A stretch of DNA of 64,000 nt, from NCBI GenBank assembly GCA_030295235.1, contig AP026124.1, forward strand, positions 1,488,001-1,552,000. The letters run 5' to 3'. Source of the DNA: Fistulifera solaris. Taxonomy: Eukaryota. The translations under genes and the position numbers were made by a program. This document shows positions 1-13,385 of this stretch, one piece after another. The notes under the pieces were generated by a model that ran no database searches, was not told the origin of the DNA, and saw nothing but the letters and a program-made list of their open reading frames with translations. How positions within the stretch are numbered: position 1 is the first letter of the stretch; each line of letters starts with the position of its first letter.

Positions 1-941
1 CATCGTATCGTCTTCCTCCTGGGGAAGAAATCACAGTGTGTCACGTTATCAGTACCTGCGATTACTGCGCTGATACCGTAGAGGCCTTAGAAGATCTGAT
101 TCGAGATACAATCGATGAGGAATATCAGGATAAAATTGACATGATGTCTGACCAGGAAATCTTTCATGAGACAACTGCCAAGTCTATTCGGGTTCTCGTC
201 TCTGGTCTTTGTAACCGACTTGATGGCGCTCTCAAAAGTATGGCCGCAATGAACTGGGGAACCTGGGATGCGGTAGGAGAAGAGAGTTCCTACGTCCGCA
301 TGATTCATGAAGAAGTCCAGCCAATGGTGTTGCAAATTCGTGGATTGCTTCCTGCATCCTACTTTCGCAGCTTTTGCGATAAGTTTGCCAGTCAGTTTAT
401 TTCTCTTTACAGTGGCAATCTAATGCGCTTGAAGCGAATCAGCGAGCCAGGAACACAGCAAATATTGCTTGATGTGTATAGCGTTAAAACACTTCTGCTC
501 AAGCTCCCGATCCTAGAGGATGGAAAGGGATCAAAATCGGGTGCGGCAGGGACAGCCCTCGCTCCAGCTATGTACACGAAAATGGTACAAAAACAGTTTA
601 GCGGCATCGAGACTCTTCTGAAACTTGTCGGCACACCAAACGATCTTTTGATAGACAATTTCAAGGTTCAAACGAGCAATGGAAAGCCTATCGATCTTCA
701 GGTTGTTATGAATTTGAAAGGATTGAAGCGTAACGAGCAAGTCAGTATGCTGGAAAAGTACGGATTAGATCCAGTAAGTGCGCTAAAATCAGTAACCTCC
801 GGCTTGACATCGGCAACGATCGTATCGGAACGAGTTCAAGCTTTGCAGGACCAAGGATCTACTGTGGCTGCGAAGATGAATTCAGATTTGAGTCAAATGC
901 GACAAAAAGTGGACGACTTCCGCAAATCCTTTAGGCCATAA
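1..941 (+). CDS. VPS53: VPS53 (GARP complex subunit), C-terminal part; 5' end lies outside the window
   Basis: ORF 36-941 contains TCDYCADT, MNWGTWDAVGEESSYV, YFRSFCDKF and ISEPGTQQILLDV, which resemble the Vps53 C-terminal region. Confidence 0.8.
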   Translation, partial: SYRLPPGEEITVCHVISTCDYCADTVEALEDLIRDTIDEEYQDKIDMMSDQEIFHETTAKSIRVLVSGLCNRLDGALKSMAAMNWGTWDAVGEESSYVRMIHEEVQPMVLQIRGLLPASYFRSFCDKFASQFISLYSGNLMRLKRISEPGTQQILLDVYSVKTLLLKLPILEDGKGSKSGAAGTALAPAMYTKMVQKQFSGIETLLKLVGTPNDLLIDNFKVQTSNGKPIDLQVVMNLKGLKRNEQVSMLEKYGLDPVSALKSVTSGLTSATIVSERVQALQDQGSTVAAKMNSDLSQMRQKVDDFRKSFRP

Positions 942-1021
942 ATGTTTTCGCAAGCAGATGCCTTGTAATAATTAGCATGCTTGACAATAATAGCAGGCGC
1001 AATTTATTCGCTCTCTTACGC

Positions 1022-2694
1022 TTATCCTTCCTTCTTTTCTTTGCTATTTTTAATGTATAGTCTTTTCATGCGAGACTTCTTCTTGTCGTACGAAGGAGTC
1101 GTGTCAATTTTTGTCGTTTTGGAGCTCGTTTCTTCTTGTTGTGCTTCCGTGGCAACTGTAACATCCATTCTTCCACTTGACAGCCACTTTGCTTCATAAT
1201 ATTAGCAATTGTTCTTAACTGCTCCAAGTCGGCTTCCGTGAATAACGTAATAGCCTTCCCTTTGCGGCCAGCACGACCTGTACGACCAATTCTGTGTACA
1301 TAGGTTACTCCGGACTGAGGCAAATCATAATTCAGTACAAGCTTTACAGCACTTAAATCAACACCACGCGCTACCAAATCAGTTCCAATTAAAACCCATG
1401 TGTCGCCTTTGCGGAACTTCGCCACTGCATTCTCTCTAGCCGACTTGCTGCGACCCGCGTGAATTACATCAACCCGGATGCCGTCGTAAAGTAATTCTGC
1501 AAATAACGCTTGTGCTCTCTCTTGTGACTGACAAAAGACCAGGGCGGGAAAGTCAAACTCACCGCGTTGCACAAGTTGTCGAATGGCCAGTAACTTTCCT
1601 TGTTCATTACCAACAAACATGAGCTTTTGGTCGATATCAGCGTTAGCGCCGCCGCCACCGCCAATACTAACGTCCACAGGATTACGCAAAATGGATTCAG
1701 AAAGCGCTCGCACGGTGGGCGTCACTGTCGCAGAAAAAAGGGCCCTTGTCGCAGTAGCAGGGATTTCTGACAAGATTGTATCTATTTGCGAGAGAAACGT
1801 TCGACTTTTGTCTGACCCACTATCAGAAGCATCCAGCAGTCGATCGGCCTCGTCCAGAACAACGATTCTCACAGAATCAAGCTTAAGACCTTTCTGGATG
1901 GCATCAACAATTCGCAAGGGCGTCGATATCAGGACATCTAAGCCACTTTGACCACCAACTTGACCCGACACAGCTTGTGCAGCATTCGCTTTCGCTAAAA
2001 GAAGCGAAGACAGCCCCCTGGTTTACCCAGACCCAAACGCTCTACTTGTCTATGCAGTTGTGAGGCTAATTCCAGAGAAGGCGCAAGTATGAGACTCCGA
2101 ATTTCCCCTTTGTTTTTCTTGGCTCCCTTCGTATTGTAGAAAAGATTATGGGGGATGCTGCTCAACAAAAGTGATGGGAGAATAAAAGCACCTGATTTTC
2201 CAGAGCCCGTAGGAGCCCCAGCCAACAAATCTCTTCGCTGCATTAAAGCCGGGATTGACTGCATTTGGATAGGTGTCGGTTCTTTCCAATTCCCTTCCTC
2301 GATATTACGCAGGATGACACGTATCAATCCTGTAAAGAATGAATCGTTGCACCATTCGGGGCAAGTGATTTCACTGAAACTAGAAATTGGGTCAGGAGAA
2401 TCATCGGAGTGGGCCACTTTGATTTTCATGGAGCGGCGAAAGGCTGCCACTTCCTCTCGGTGAATTTGATTGCGCTTGGCTTCGCTGACATCTCTTTTTC
2501 CTGTGCGATCTCGCGATTTGATTGCGTTTGGCGTTTCGTCCTCCCTCATCATCGCTTTCTTCCTCATCGTCTGTAGGTACGTGTTCTTCTGGAGGCGGTC
2601 CCGTAAGCTGAGCGACGGTTTCGCGCTTTCGTTTCTGCCGCTTTGACTTGTCTATCCGCGCAGACGATGATAAGATGTTAAAAATTTCGTCCAT
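1022..2694 (-). CDS. DDX52: DEAD-box RNA helicase DDX52/ROK1-like, split by about 3 apparent indels
   Basis: Q motif PTPIQMQSIP, APTGSGKS, DEAD, SAT, ARGVD and HRIGRTGRAGR are spread over ORFs 2401-2694, 1995-2567 and 1066-1971. GNEQGKLLAIRQL is typical of ROK1/DDX52. The C-terminus continues in another frame to a stop at 1022. Confidence 0.85.
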
Positions 2695-3271
2695 AGTGAC
2701 ATTAACAACAAATTGCTGTGCCGCACTTAAAGTCTTCTTTAAAGCGAGAAAGAACGAGAATAATCAGAAGGGTTCTTTCTTCACTCTTGCACGTTCACCT
2801 TCTTCGAATTAATGCGCTCGTGTTGGCCATTTTCTTGGTTGCGGTGCGGTGGAATTTTATTGGAGACATGAGATACGCGCGCGAATTGAGCGCGGTGATT
2901 ACAATTGAACCATGTGAAAACGGGACTGGTGATAAGAAACAATAAAAAATAACCAAAAAGGCGATCGACTACCCGGTACGTAGTCTTTAGGGACTTGTAA
3001 AAATGGATGTTTTCACTGTAGATTAATTGACTAAGCAACGATTCCCATCACTTTTTATAGATTCTTGATCGAATACAAAGTAGAGAGTCTGTTCGGTATT
3101 AGAGTCTGTAAGCTTAGAACGATCGGCAGCAATAAGGCCGGAATAAGGTTTCACCTTACCCTGTCGATCGGGCGCAACTTAAGTAAAAAACTCTATTTTC
3201 TAGCCCGCATCGACTTTCAAAGGGAGGCATCCGTTATCTAATGTCTCCGCATCTTCCAGCGAAGCGCCGTT

Positions 3272-4554
3272 CTATAAACCTGGTTGTAGTTTATCCGTTG
3301 TGGGATATTTCATACCGCGACTTTCAGCAACTACCGTCTTTCGTTTCGCAAGAACAACAGGATTCTTTGACCCGCCTCCTACTGAAAATCGTCGCTCAAT
3401 GTTAACCACACGCGATCTTTCTTCGCTCATCTCGTAATCCCATTTCTCGGCTTCCTGGTATTTTCTTTCGTATTCATCGTCCAACGATTCGAGCAGCTGG
3501 TAATGTTCATTTAGTATCGTGAAGACGCGGACACGAGCAAGATGATGTCCGAGTTCGGCCGCTGTCACAAGCCATTCCAGAGCATCGGCCCGATCTCTGT
3601 TGACACCCACACCATCCAGTAGGCACTCTCCGAGCATGTACGCTGCTCCTGCATGTCCTAAATGGGCCGCACGTCGAAAAAGGCTTACGGCAAGCTCCGT
3701 GTTTTCTGCGATTCCATCTCCCGTATATAAAGCTACAGCTAATTCATAAGTAGCAGTGATGTGGCGATGTGCGTCGACACATCGTCTCCACCACACAACC
3801 GCTTGTTTAGGGTCGGATTCCAGTCCAGCGACGCCTCCTTCGTTTAAGGTGAGTCCTGTCAAGAGAAGAAAATGTAAGTCGAAGGAATATTAAGAAAATG
3901 AATAAAACTGATCAAACCTACCATACAAACACATCCCATCGGGATGTCCCTTGTTGGCTAATTCTTTGACCAAATTAAGACCCTTCTTTTGGAAACACGG
4001 GGTTACTTTCGTGATAGATGTAAAAACAGGCGATTCGAAATTTAAGATCTTGGCACTTCTTCGTATCTCCCCCCTCCGATCGCTCACAAAATCTTAAATC
4101 AAATTCTAGGGAAGCGATCTGATGAGCCTTTGGAATACGGCGTGGCCAATCTCGTTTCATTTTTTCGGGGAGTTTTGCCTTCGTGTGCTTCCGGCCATCT
4201 TCTCTGATAATCTGCGAGCAACTCTCGGTGATATGCTAATACTTGATAGAAACGCTTACTCTCGGAATACCCTGAAGGACATTCATTGCCCGCAACAGCT
4301 TCTTCGCGACAGTGCGTAACGAAATCATCTTTCAGTTTCATCGCTGAGAGAAAGGCACTCAACTCGTTTCCTCTGAAACTCACACGCTGTTCATCTTCGT
4401 CCCCGCATTTTGATAGGCAGTAATAAGCGAGATTTGCTGTAGCCAAGGCGGCAATTGAAATGGAAAGATCATTTACCACAAACCTCTGTTGTTTGGTGGA
4501 CGAAAAACCAAGTCTCCACGTGTTGCGGTTAAAAAAGACTCTGGTTGAATTCAT
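3272..4554 (-). CDS. Sel1-like repeat protein, possibly mitochondrial; intron about 3856-3921; apparent frameshifts
   Basis: Repeated Sel1 motifs (ATYELAVALYTGDG, AAHLGHAGAAYMLGECLLDGVGV, AAELGH). The N-terminus MNSTRVFFNRNTWRLGFSS is Arg-rich and lacks acidic residues. Confidence 0.7.
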
Positions 4555-4849
4555 TTTGCGACGTTGCTCAAAGTAGTCACTGGGATGAAGAATACTACTG
4601 AAGACAAATGGCGTCTTTACGAATGATAAGATTCTGTTGTGCAGTCGAGTTCTGCTTTTGACATCCGCTAGCCTTTTTTTTTGTTGTTGCATTTTATGCG
4701 ATGCGGGCGTTGCCGTGTCGGGATTTATTCTGTCACGAGTCAGTCGTCGACGTCTTCCGAAAAAAAATCTACGATATCGCACCGCTATCCGTTTTGACCA
4801 CGTGACTCAAACCAGTCCAGTCTTGAAGAAAGTCGACAAAATACTTTGA

Positions 4850-5295
4850 TGTCACACGAATGCGCTTGAGTCATAAATCAATACTGGTAGTCTTCCGCGC
4901 ATGACTGCTGGCTAATCTTCATTGTCTCGATAAGTTAGGCTGCATTTTCAAAACAAGTTTCGCCTTTGTAACGTCGGTAAAATTGGATCATTATCAACCC
5001 TGTACTATAAGCTCAAAGTGTTGTCTGTTTTTCGGCACGACTGCGTTTAAGTCACGAATTAAAATGCTTCTGAACCAAACTTCCACCTATCCTTTATCCG
5101 CGCTGCAAAATTGTTGAGACGATACTGTTTCAATTACAGTCTTATTGCTTAAGGTCGCATTAGCAATACACATTTCGACTCGTAACGTCGATAAGGCTTG
5201 ATAAAAGTGTTGTCTGCGTATTGACTATACCCCCAGCGTGTTGGCGGAATGGTGACACGACTGGATATTTTAGTCACTAAAAGCTTGCATTTTTG
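4850..5295. repeat. Degenerate repeat of about 200-bp units, locus 1
   Basis: gtaacgtcg, aaagtgttgtctg and cacgactg...agtca recur within the locus and match 42955-43260. Confidence 0.6.
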
Positions 5296-5402
5296 CTGCA
5301 TTTTGCACTTGTTCCCTCCTTCACAACACTTTTTCTCAATTTGTAACTAATGTTGCCAATCGAAACGAAGAGAAGAAACCTCACTGTAGTCATACGGAAA
5401 GA

Positions 5403-7441
5403 ATGAGTGCTAGAGCAATCAGGGCTTTAAGAGGCGGTAATCATGAAGCGCTCTTAGCGGAGAACGCGGATAACGACGACTCATGCGAAGAATACGATGG
5501 AAAACCGCGTTCGAAGCCATCGGCCTTCTCCGCCATGATGGACAGCGACAATGAAGAAGATGACAGTGACACGGATGAAGAAGACACTGGATCCGAAATT
5601 GGGAATTTCGATGTGCAAAAGGGGCAAGTGAACACCTCAACGACGCTCTATTGAATCGTAAAACAAAACAGTCTGCGACCCCACAATTGACAAACCATAC
5701 AAAGAACGACGACGAGGAAGGACAAGAGGACGATACCGAATCGGAAGAAGAGGATTTGGACACGCTCCTCAATGAATTTACGCAGCGTGATATTCAGCAT
5801 AATGAAGAAACGAAGCAAAACAAATCCAGTTTCTTCTCACTAATTTGCGGAGTACAGAAGAAATTCATCCTCGATCTCGATGTTGATGCAGCCATGCGAA
5901 ATGCTTTATTGAACGGTGATCCAAGTCATACACGAGGAACGAACAATCGGAAAAGTCGACAGGTGCTTCTTTTTGGTCCACCTCGTGATAATTGGCCTCG
6001 TCCTCCTCATTTTGTTGGCGGTGGTATCGGAATGGTCACATACGACCAAAGTCCGCGACCAATCCCCCTGGCCATACTCGGATATCACGACACAAGCTAA
6101 GAATGACAAAAACCAAGATATGGTCGACTTTGTTCAGAATATGAATCACTGGTATACGTTTCAGCATGCTCATGACTGCTCTCGAGATTTTGAAGATTAC
6201 GCCGTTGTGAAACAGACGGGTGATTTGAACGCATTAGTCATGTTCGTAGCGCATCATCCCTATGTGACGGATGCACTGTTGCAGTTGACGGGCGTCTTGT
6301 ATCAAACAAATCATAGTCAAGAAGGGTTGGCGTTACTGCGACGGTGCTTGTGGGTGTACGAGAGCTCCGCAACGTTGCCATTCAACAACCGCGTGTTGGA
6401 TGGAGCAGCTCTCATGGACATGGATCAACCAGAAAATGCGACTTTCTTCCGATCACTTTTCAAATTGATCCAAGTCAGCATTGTAGCAGCTCTGCCGCGT
6501 ACTGCTGCGGCCGTTTGCCGTTATATTCTGGCTCTAGACCCGCTGCGTGATCCTATGCAAGTTCTTGCTGTTTTGGATGCGTTCACGATAAATTGCAAGT
6601 CAGAAATCTTTGATCAATGGCTCATTGATTTGGTTGACAGCGATTGTATGTCTATTTATTTTCGTGATGAGGAAAATCCAAAACGTGTGTTTCAATGCCC
6701 ACTTAGGGAAATGCCCAACTGGATGTTGTCGTATTCGCTTGCTCAGTATAGATTGCACGGAAAGGACGGCAACTATGATCGTCTCCGCAAGGTTTTGACC
6801 CAATTTCCGGAAGTCGTTTCGTTATTACTTCAAGCACAGGAGGTAGATATTACTGGAAGATCTTTTTTACGGGATTGGCCAACGGCTTTGGAAACAGCTA
6901 CCGAGCGGAGTTTCAGTACTAGGCGTTCTTGGGGAAGACACCAAGGTGAACTGGATCCACATGAAGTTCAAAGAACCGTTCAAACCGCGGATAAAATACT
7001 CGCGCTCTACGTTCGACTAACCGCCAAAGCGTGGGGCAGCGACGACATTCTGCAGCTTCTACACGACACTTTGGTCACCCTTCCAGAATCAGAATCCCCG
7101 GCGCTTCCTCCAGCGGCTATCATGCGATACTCTGCCTTGAATCCTGGTGACTTCAATAATCGTGTGGAACTTCTTCCACAAGATATGAATATTATGGATG
7201 GTGGTATGATTGCGCACGCCATGACTGTGGTCACGAATCGTCCACGTTTTCTGAGGCACATGCCTCGAGGAGCGATTCATGGTCAGCAACGGATGGACAT
7301 TGAAAACTTACCGGCTGGTTTTCCAGCTCTTTTGGTCCGCCCACGAATGTCGTGGATCCAGACTGGCCTTTGATGGAAGTTTTGTGGAGGAGTTTTCTCC
7401 CATGGAACCACGTTGAAGGCGTCCGGCCTCCAGCAAGGTAG
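5403..7441 (+). CDS. TCF25: TCF25/Rqc1 ribosome quality-control factor, split by apparent indels
   Basis: Starts MSARAIRALRG followed by an acidic region. HHPYVTDALLQL and ILALDPLRDPM are present, and the frameshifted C-terminus reads LWRSFLPWNH. Confidence 0.75.
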
Positions 7442-7518
7442 AAATTAATAGCTTTGTCAACGAATTTAATAACACACTCCTTACAAGTAATTTGGTGGTA
7501 ACACTATATTCATAAATA

Positions 7519-8973
7519 TTAGTGAGTAGCAATACTCTCTAGCATCTCAAAATAAGTTGGAAACGTTTTTGCCGTGCAGCCTGGATCATTGATAATCACA
7601 TTGACCCCACCACAAGCTGCGAGGCTGAAAGTCATGGCCATACGGTGATCATCGTAGGTTTCGATGAGTACGTTGTCGTTGATCTTGTTGCCCGCAGGAG
7701 GATGAATTATGCAGTAATCGGTGAATTCTTCCACTGTGGCTCCCAACTTGGTGCATTCCGCCACGATTGCCTTCATTCGTTCGGTTTCTTTTAGGCGCCA
7801 CGAATATACATTACGAATGGTCGTCGGGCCCTCGGCAAATAACGCCGCCACCGCCAAGGTCATCGCCGCATCCGGGATCTTCCCACAATCCACATCGACA
7901 CCCTTCAGCCGAACTGAAGGATCTCGCGTGACAGTGATGCTTTCTGGAGCCCACGTGACGGTGGCCCCCATCTGCTCCATGACATTGGCAAAGGCGACAT
8001 CGCCCTGTACACTATCCGAACCGCATCCTCGCACGGTGACAGTCCCTCCCGTAATGGCCGCGCCAGCAATGAAGTAACTCGCCGAACTGGCATCACCTTC
8101 TACCAAAATACTTCCCGGGCTCACGTACTTCTCCGTCGAAGCGATAGTGAACGACGGGGTTTCCTCAATATCTCCATCAATTTGTACATTGACGCCGAAC
8201 TTTTTCATGAGACCAATCGTCAACGCCACGTAAGGCGCCGAAATCAGTTCATCTTTAATCGAAATGGTGACATCACCATCGACAGCGGGAGCCGCCATGA
8301 GCAGCGACGATAGAAATTGCGACGACATTTTACCGCTAATCGACGCCTTCCCAGCTTGTAAACCCTTGGCACGGATTGTAACGGGTGGACATCCTGTCTC
8401 TTTGACACACTCAACATCCGCACCCAGTTGCTGCAGTCCATCAATCAAATCAGCAATGGGTCGTTCTCGCATGCGTGGGACGCCGTCTAAAATAAATTGA
8501 CCTTGTCCCATACAAAGGGCGGCCGCCAAGGGTCGCATGGCCGTGCCCGCATTTCCCAGAAACAATTCACACGTCTGATCCGGTGTCGGAGAGTTGATTG
8601 GGCCCGCTTGGCCAGTCACTGTGACGGAATCCGCACTGTGCTTTTCTACGGGCACTTGCAAGGTATCGAGAGCTTGTAGCATGTACCGAATATCATCTGA
8701 ATCAAGCAAATTGTCGACGCGCGTCGTGCCCTCACTCAAGGCTGCAAGTAACAAGCATCGATTGCTAAGAGATTTCGATCCCGGTAATGTAACGGTACCA
8801 TCGAGACTTTTGATGGGTGCGACGGTGAGTGTTTCCACAACGTCTGTCTTGGTGGCTGACAGAGGAACGAAAGATGCCGACCGGAAGGAATGAACCGCAG
8901 TGAAAGCATGTACGGAAGGTACAAGTGCCAAATATGCGATCAAGAATGTGCTTATAGTACCTTGGCTCCTCAT
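7519..8973 (-). CDS. aroA: EPSP synthase, plastid-targeted
   Basis: [42 protein letters not shown] and TYDDHRMAM motifs. Signal peptide ends VHA-F. The likely start is the ATG at 8973. Confidence 0.97.
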   Translation of the reverse strand: MRSQGTISTFLIAYLALVPSVHAFTAVHSFRSASFVPLSATKTDVVETLTVAPIKSLDGTVTLPGSKSLSNRCLLLAALSEGTTRVDNLLDSDDIRYMLQALDTLQVPVEKHSADSVTVTGQAGPINSPTPDQTCELFLGNAGTAMRPLAAALCMGQGQFILDGVPRMRERPIADLIDGLQQLGADVECVKETGCPPVTIRAKGLQAGKASISGKMSSQFLSSLLMAAPAVDGDVTISIKDELISAPYVALTIGLMKKFGVNVQIDGDIEETPSFTIASTEKYVSPGSILVEGDASSASYFIAGAAITGGTVTVRGCGSDSVQGDVAFANVMEQMGATVTWAPESITVTRDPSVRLKGVDVDCGKIPDAAMTLAVAALFAEGPTTIRNVYSWRLKETERMKAIVAECTKLGATVEEFTDYCIIHPPAGNKINDNVLIETYDDHRMAMTFSLAACGGVNVIINDPGCTAKTFPTYFEMLESIATH

Positions 8974-9641
8974 TATAACCAGAAGAAGATTCAAAATGTT
9001 CAACACAAAGACAATTATTGACTATAGCTTCGCTTACCGATGAAACTTGAAATAATTGAAAAAGGACCGCTTTATTTTTCGTGGTGCGTGTCTTCAAACT
9101 AACGTCTGTCTGATCGCCGTTTGTCGTCGTTGGACCATATCCGGGTTTCCATCTGTCGTTAACTTTGCCAACGGTAGCTACGTGAAAACCACGTAGACAT
9201 TCGAATATCATTGCATCTTTCATCCTTTCTACGGTTTTAGATCAAATTAATGACGAAGATTGTTTCGGGGGTCGACCTATCTATGATGGTGACAGCGAAA
9301 AAGACAATGGTGCAGAATGGGTCCGAAATATTGTTGTGTTCAAAACACCTCATATCCGGGTTTCCTCTGTTGACAAATAATAGTTTCCCAACCTGGTACT
9401 GGTACCGGTACCAGGTATACGGCGGCTATATGGAAGTCGCGTAGCCCGAAACCTTATCCGATAAAAAGACGGTTTGGCATGGAAAATGATTTATTGCGAC
9501 GAAAGATGAAGCAAAGGAAACATATACTCCTTTGGATGAAGCGATCAAAAAGAAACAAAAGGCGAAATCTATGGCAAACTTACGCCATTCTCTAAAGACA
9601 AAGGACTCAGAGCAAGGCACAATAGTTTAAAATTCAAAGCG

Positions 9642-10644
9642 ATGTCACTTCCCGGCGTTCAGTTGAGTAAAATGCTTTCGACTACATACTCGAACGAGCA
9701 TCCACCCCAAGATTGGGCCGACATGACGTTCTTGGTGCCCCACGAAAGCATTCGGAGACAACTAGTTTCTCTGCAACGAAGTATAGAAGCTTTACCAAAT
9801 ACTACTGACAAGGATAACTGTTGGAAAGCGACTCTGTTTGCCAAATGGTTCCTCGAGGTATTCCACTTCCTCGTAACCCAACGTAGGTTCTCGCCTCCGC
9901 CCCCTCCTATTCGTTATTGGACACCATACCTCACTGATCGAATAATCTTTTCTCTCTCGCAGATTACGAGTCGATCGAACAGATCTACCAGCCATTTTTA
10001 ATAGAACACAAGGCAGAATGGCCCGATTTCAGTCAAACTAATATCATTAAGGAAATATTGCCGTCGATTTATGAATGCTGTGATATGATGCAGAAGCAAA
10101 ATGGTATTGATTGCAGCGACATCATTACGGCTTTGAAAGAACAGGTACCCGATTTTGCTAAGAATTTGTCGGGTGCGTTGATTGGTTACTTCGTTTGCGT
10201 GCATGCTTGTTTGTATTAACGATTGTTTTGCTTTCAAATGCCCTTTTTCTATAGAGCATATGAACGAACTGGAAATTAAACTGCCACCCATCCTTCGTGT
10301 TTCGGTGACAGAAAAACAAAATGCAACCGCCGTTTCTAAAATGATTGCGTTTCAGGGAATTCCGGGACTGATGAAGATTCTTCCCGGTATCCTTTTGGCC
10401 AACCAAGAATGGATGACACGATCGTACTACGCCCAATCGTACTTGAAAACGTTACCACCCCCTGTTTTAAAAAGCACAAGTGACTACATTGATTCCTAAT
10501 TACTGCCATTGCTACATGCGCATGCGGGATGCGCCATTGTTGACGAGTCCACCTGTGCTGAAGGAAGTTTCGTTTGATGAAGATCCTTCGATATTGAATT
10601 CGTCCCGTGGGCGTCCCGAGCGGAAGAAAGAAGAATTGAGATAA
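9642..10644 (+). CDS. Hemerythrin/HHE-like domain protein; introns 9883-9962 and 10173-10254; one apparent indel near 10470
   Basis: Removing the two GT-AG introns restores one frame: VPHESIRR...TQHYESIEQIYQPFL...SEHMNELEIKLPP. The spacing resembles hemerythrin H/HxxxE motifs. Confidence 0.5.
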
Positions 10645-10830
10645 GACTATGGATGTTATCAGGTATATGGGATATGGGAAGATGTAGTCAGCTTCTTTCG
10701 TAGTTTAGCCTTAATTGATTTCGGTGTGACGTTTCTGTTCTACCACTTTTAAGGATCGAAAGGTAGCGTTGCGACATAGGTACCACGTAATAACATTCTG
10801 GCGTTTTGCAGCCAAAACGAATGAGGCAAT

Positions 10831-13364
10831 ATGGCAATATTGGTATTTCGGTTATATGCGAGAATAATGGAACCAAGCTATGCCACAACTTACGACTTAC
10901 TTCCAGAAAAGAATGTACCCATTGATTCGTTCCGCCAAGTCAATTTGCATAGTTCTGTGGACCGTGATCGTATGGTCATGGATAATTCCCTTGCATTATT
11001 CCTTTCACCTGACACACCGCCGATCACAATCTGCAACGGTACGAAACGCGCATTCATCTACTGGATGGTTTCCTGTCTTGGAAGTGGAACAGGACGGTAA
11101 TATATATCATGAAAATGATGCGCAAAAATATTAGAAGCACAGTCGGCCATCTTGGCCGCCGGATTAGCACGTGCGAGATTGAATTCGATCGAGAAAACAT
11201 CCATAATCAATACGACCTTTACACGCGAAATGGAAGCATGCGTACGGGGTCGATTTATGGATCTAACATGTACGGCTGCGGGTGAACACAGTCTCGAGAA
11301 TTTATTCTTTGATCAATCTGCTTTGGTTCAACGTGCCGTTGAGGAGGCATCTACTTGGGATGTTCTCCGTGGAGCGGTCCTCACCTTCCAGTCGCTGTGT
11401 GCCATGGCTACGCAAGTAGGATTGCGGGGACCGCCGGAACAATTGAAACGGATGGTGGCTCATTTAGACGATCGGAATGATAAAACGTTAATCGAACGAG
11501 ATTTTCGACAAACGTGGGACCGGGATAGTGTGCGGCGACTCAAGTTTAAGGTCGACCGATCTCCCGCTCTGGATTTGCTCGCCGAACTCATGTGGAAAAG
11601 AACACCACAGGGTGCCTTTGATTTACTTATTAAACTGGGAGTCTGGACGGAACACGAGGATCTGGCGCTACTGCGCAGTGGATTTCCATTACGATTCACC
11701 GAGGAAGAGGAAGAGTTGGCGAAACACGCCTTTCAAGACGATCATGACCCTGATGCGATGCTGGGCATTCGAAAAGATCTGAGACATCTAAAAGTGTACA
11801 CGATTGATGGCGCTTCGACAACCGAAATTGATGACGGCCTCTCCCTAGAGACCGTTACCAAGCCCGATGGGACGACGCGGAATCGAACATGGATTCACAT
11901 TGCTGATGCAGACCGCTGGGCACCGCGTGGGTCGAAACTCCTAGAAATTGCCAGGCAACGAATTACATCATTGTATCTTCCTTTGGAATCAATATTTATG
12001 TTTCCCTCTAGCGTCAGCTCCGACTTAATGGCGCTGAAGACCAACAGAGATTCATACGCTTTGTCATTAGCGGTTGAGCTGAACGAAGATGGATCGGTCG
12101 ATCCACACACGTTGCTGCTGACTCCTTCGATTATTCGTGTTACATATCGTCTTACTTATGATGAGGTTGACGAAATGCTTGAAGAAGGCATTGGATATCG
12201 TGAGGAATGGGAGCTAGGCGCTTTGCTCGCGGAAGCCAAGAAGCGGCGCAAATATCGCTGCGAGAATGGTTCGAGCGAACAGCTCATTCCTCGTCCCATA
12301 CCGACAGCCTCTGTGTCGGTAGATCGCAACAATACGCATCCAGATGACTATGATATTTCGTTGAGCATACAGGTTGCTTACAACTCGGGGCAGAATCAAA
12401 GCAAGGCGACACTTGACAACCCAAATTCACCTCCCAGCTTTGAAGATCCTGTATCATCATCATATCTTTTGGTCACCGAGGCTATGATCATGTCGGGGGA
12501 GTGCCTCGGACACTGGAAAACAAAAATAGAACACGAATATAAACAAAACAGTGGGAATGAACACGAAAATACTGTACGGCTTGCCTTTCGAGCTCAGTCC
12601 AAACCAGGTAAGTGACTCGTGCCCCCAATATCGCCAAGCTCTTCGGTGCGTCTCAACGCTTGTTTCCAGAGTTTCTACAGAGATTGCGAGAATATAAAAC
12701 GTTTTTAGGTTTACTAGAGCAGAACGTTGGCGATGGTTATTGTCACGCTTGGTACGGCCGTCGTTTTTTGCAAGGTGCAAAAGTATCGGAATCCAGAATG
12801 CCCCATGCCGGACTCGGTCTAAGTAGCTATGTGCAGTGGAGTAGTCCGATCCGCCGTTTCTCCGATCTGCAAGTCCATTCTTGCATCAAACGATACCTGC
12901 GGAGAAACCGTGTCTATGAACTATGGAAAGCGGGGGATAGTATTCCGGATGGGCTTACTTCTTTAGATCTTGGTCTTCCGCAAAGTTTCGAGAACGGAAA
13001 CGGCCGATTAAAACCACCAACAATACCAATAACGACAGATATGCTGGACAACGATATTGATTTTATGGAAGGAGGAGGCTTATTGGGTGCCGCGCGAACT
13101 CTCCAAAAACGGTCCCAGGAGTATTGGCACTTTGAGTACATTCGCAGAACTTATGTTGCTGACCCTGGGAAGGTCTACGATGCTGTAATCCTTGGTCTTG
13201 TCGATCCCGCAAAGCGCCAACATGCTATATACGTTTATGAGCTTGGTTTGGAGCATCGTTACACCTCCCCAGCTGGCATACTAGATGCAGGTGTCAAATT
13301 GAGACTATTGGTGGATGACGTCTCCCCACGGCACGGACTACTTTCATTTGTCCGCACAGTGTAA
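10831..13364 (+). CDS. Ribonuclease II/RNB family exoribonuclease; intron about 12608-12669; start uncertain
   Basis: Catalytic motif YTIDGASTTEIDDGLS, plus WIHIAD and HAGLGLSSYVQWSSPIRRFSDL. Confidence 0.88.
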
Positions 13365-13385
13365 CATTTAGTCATGACTGTAAAT

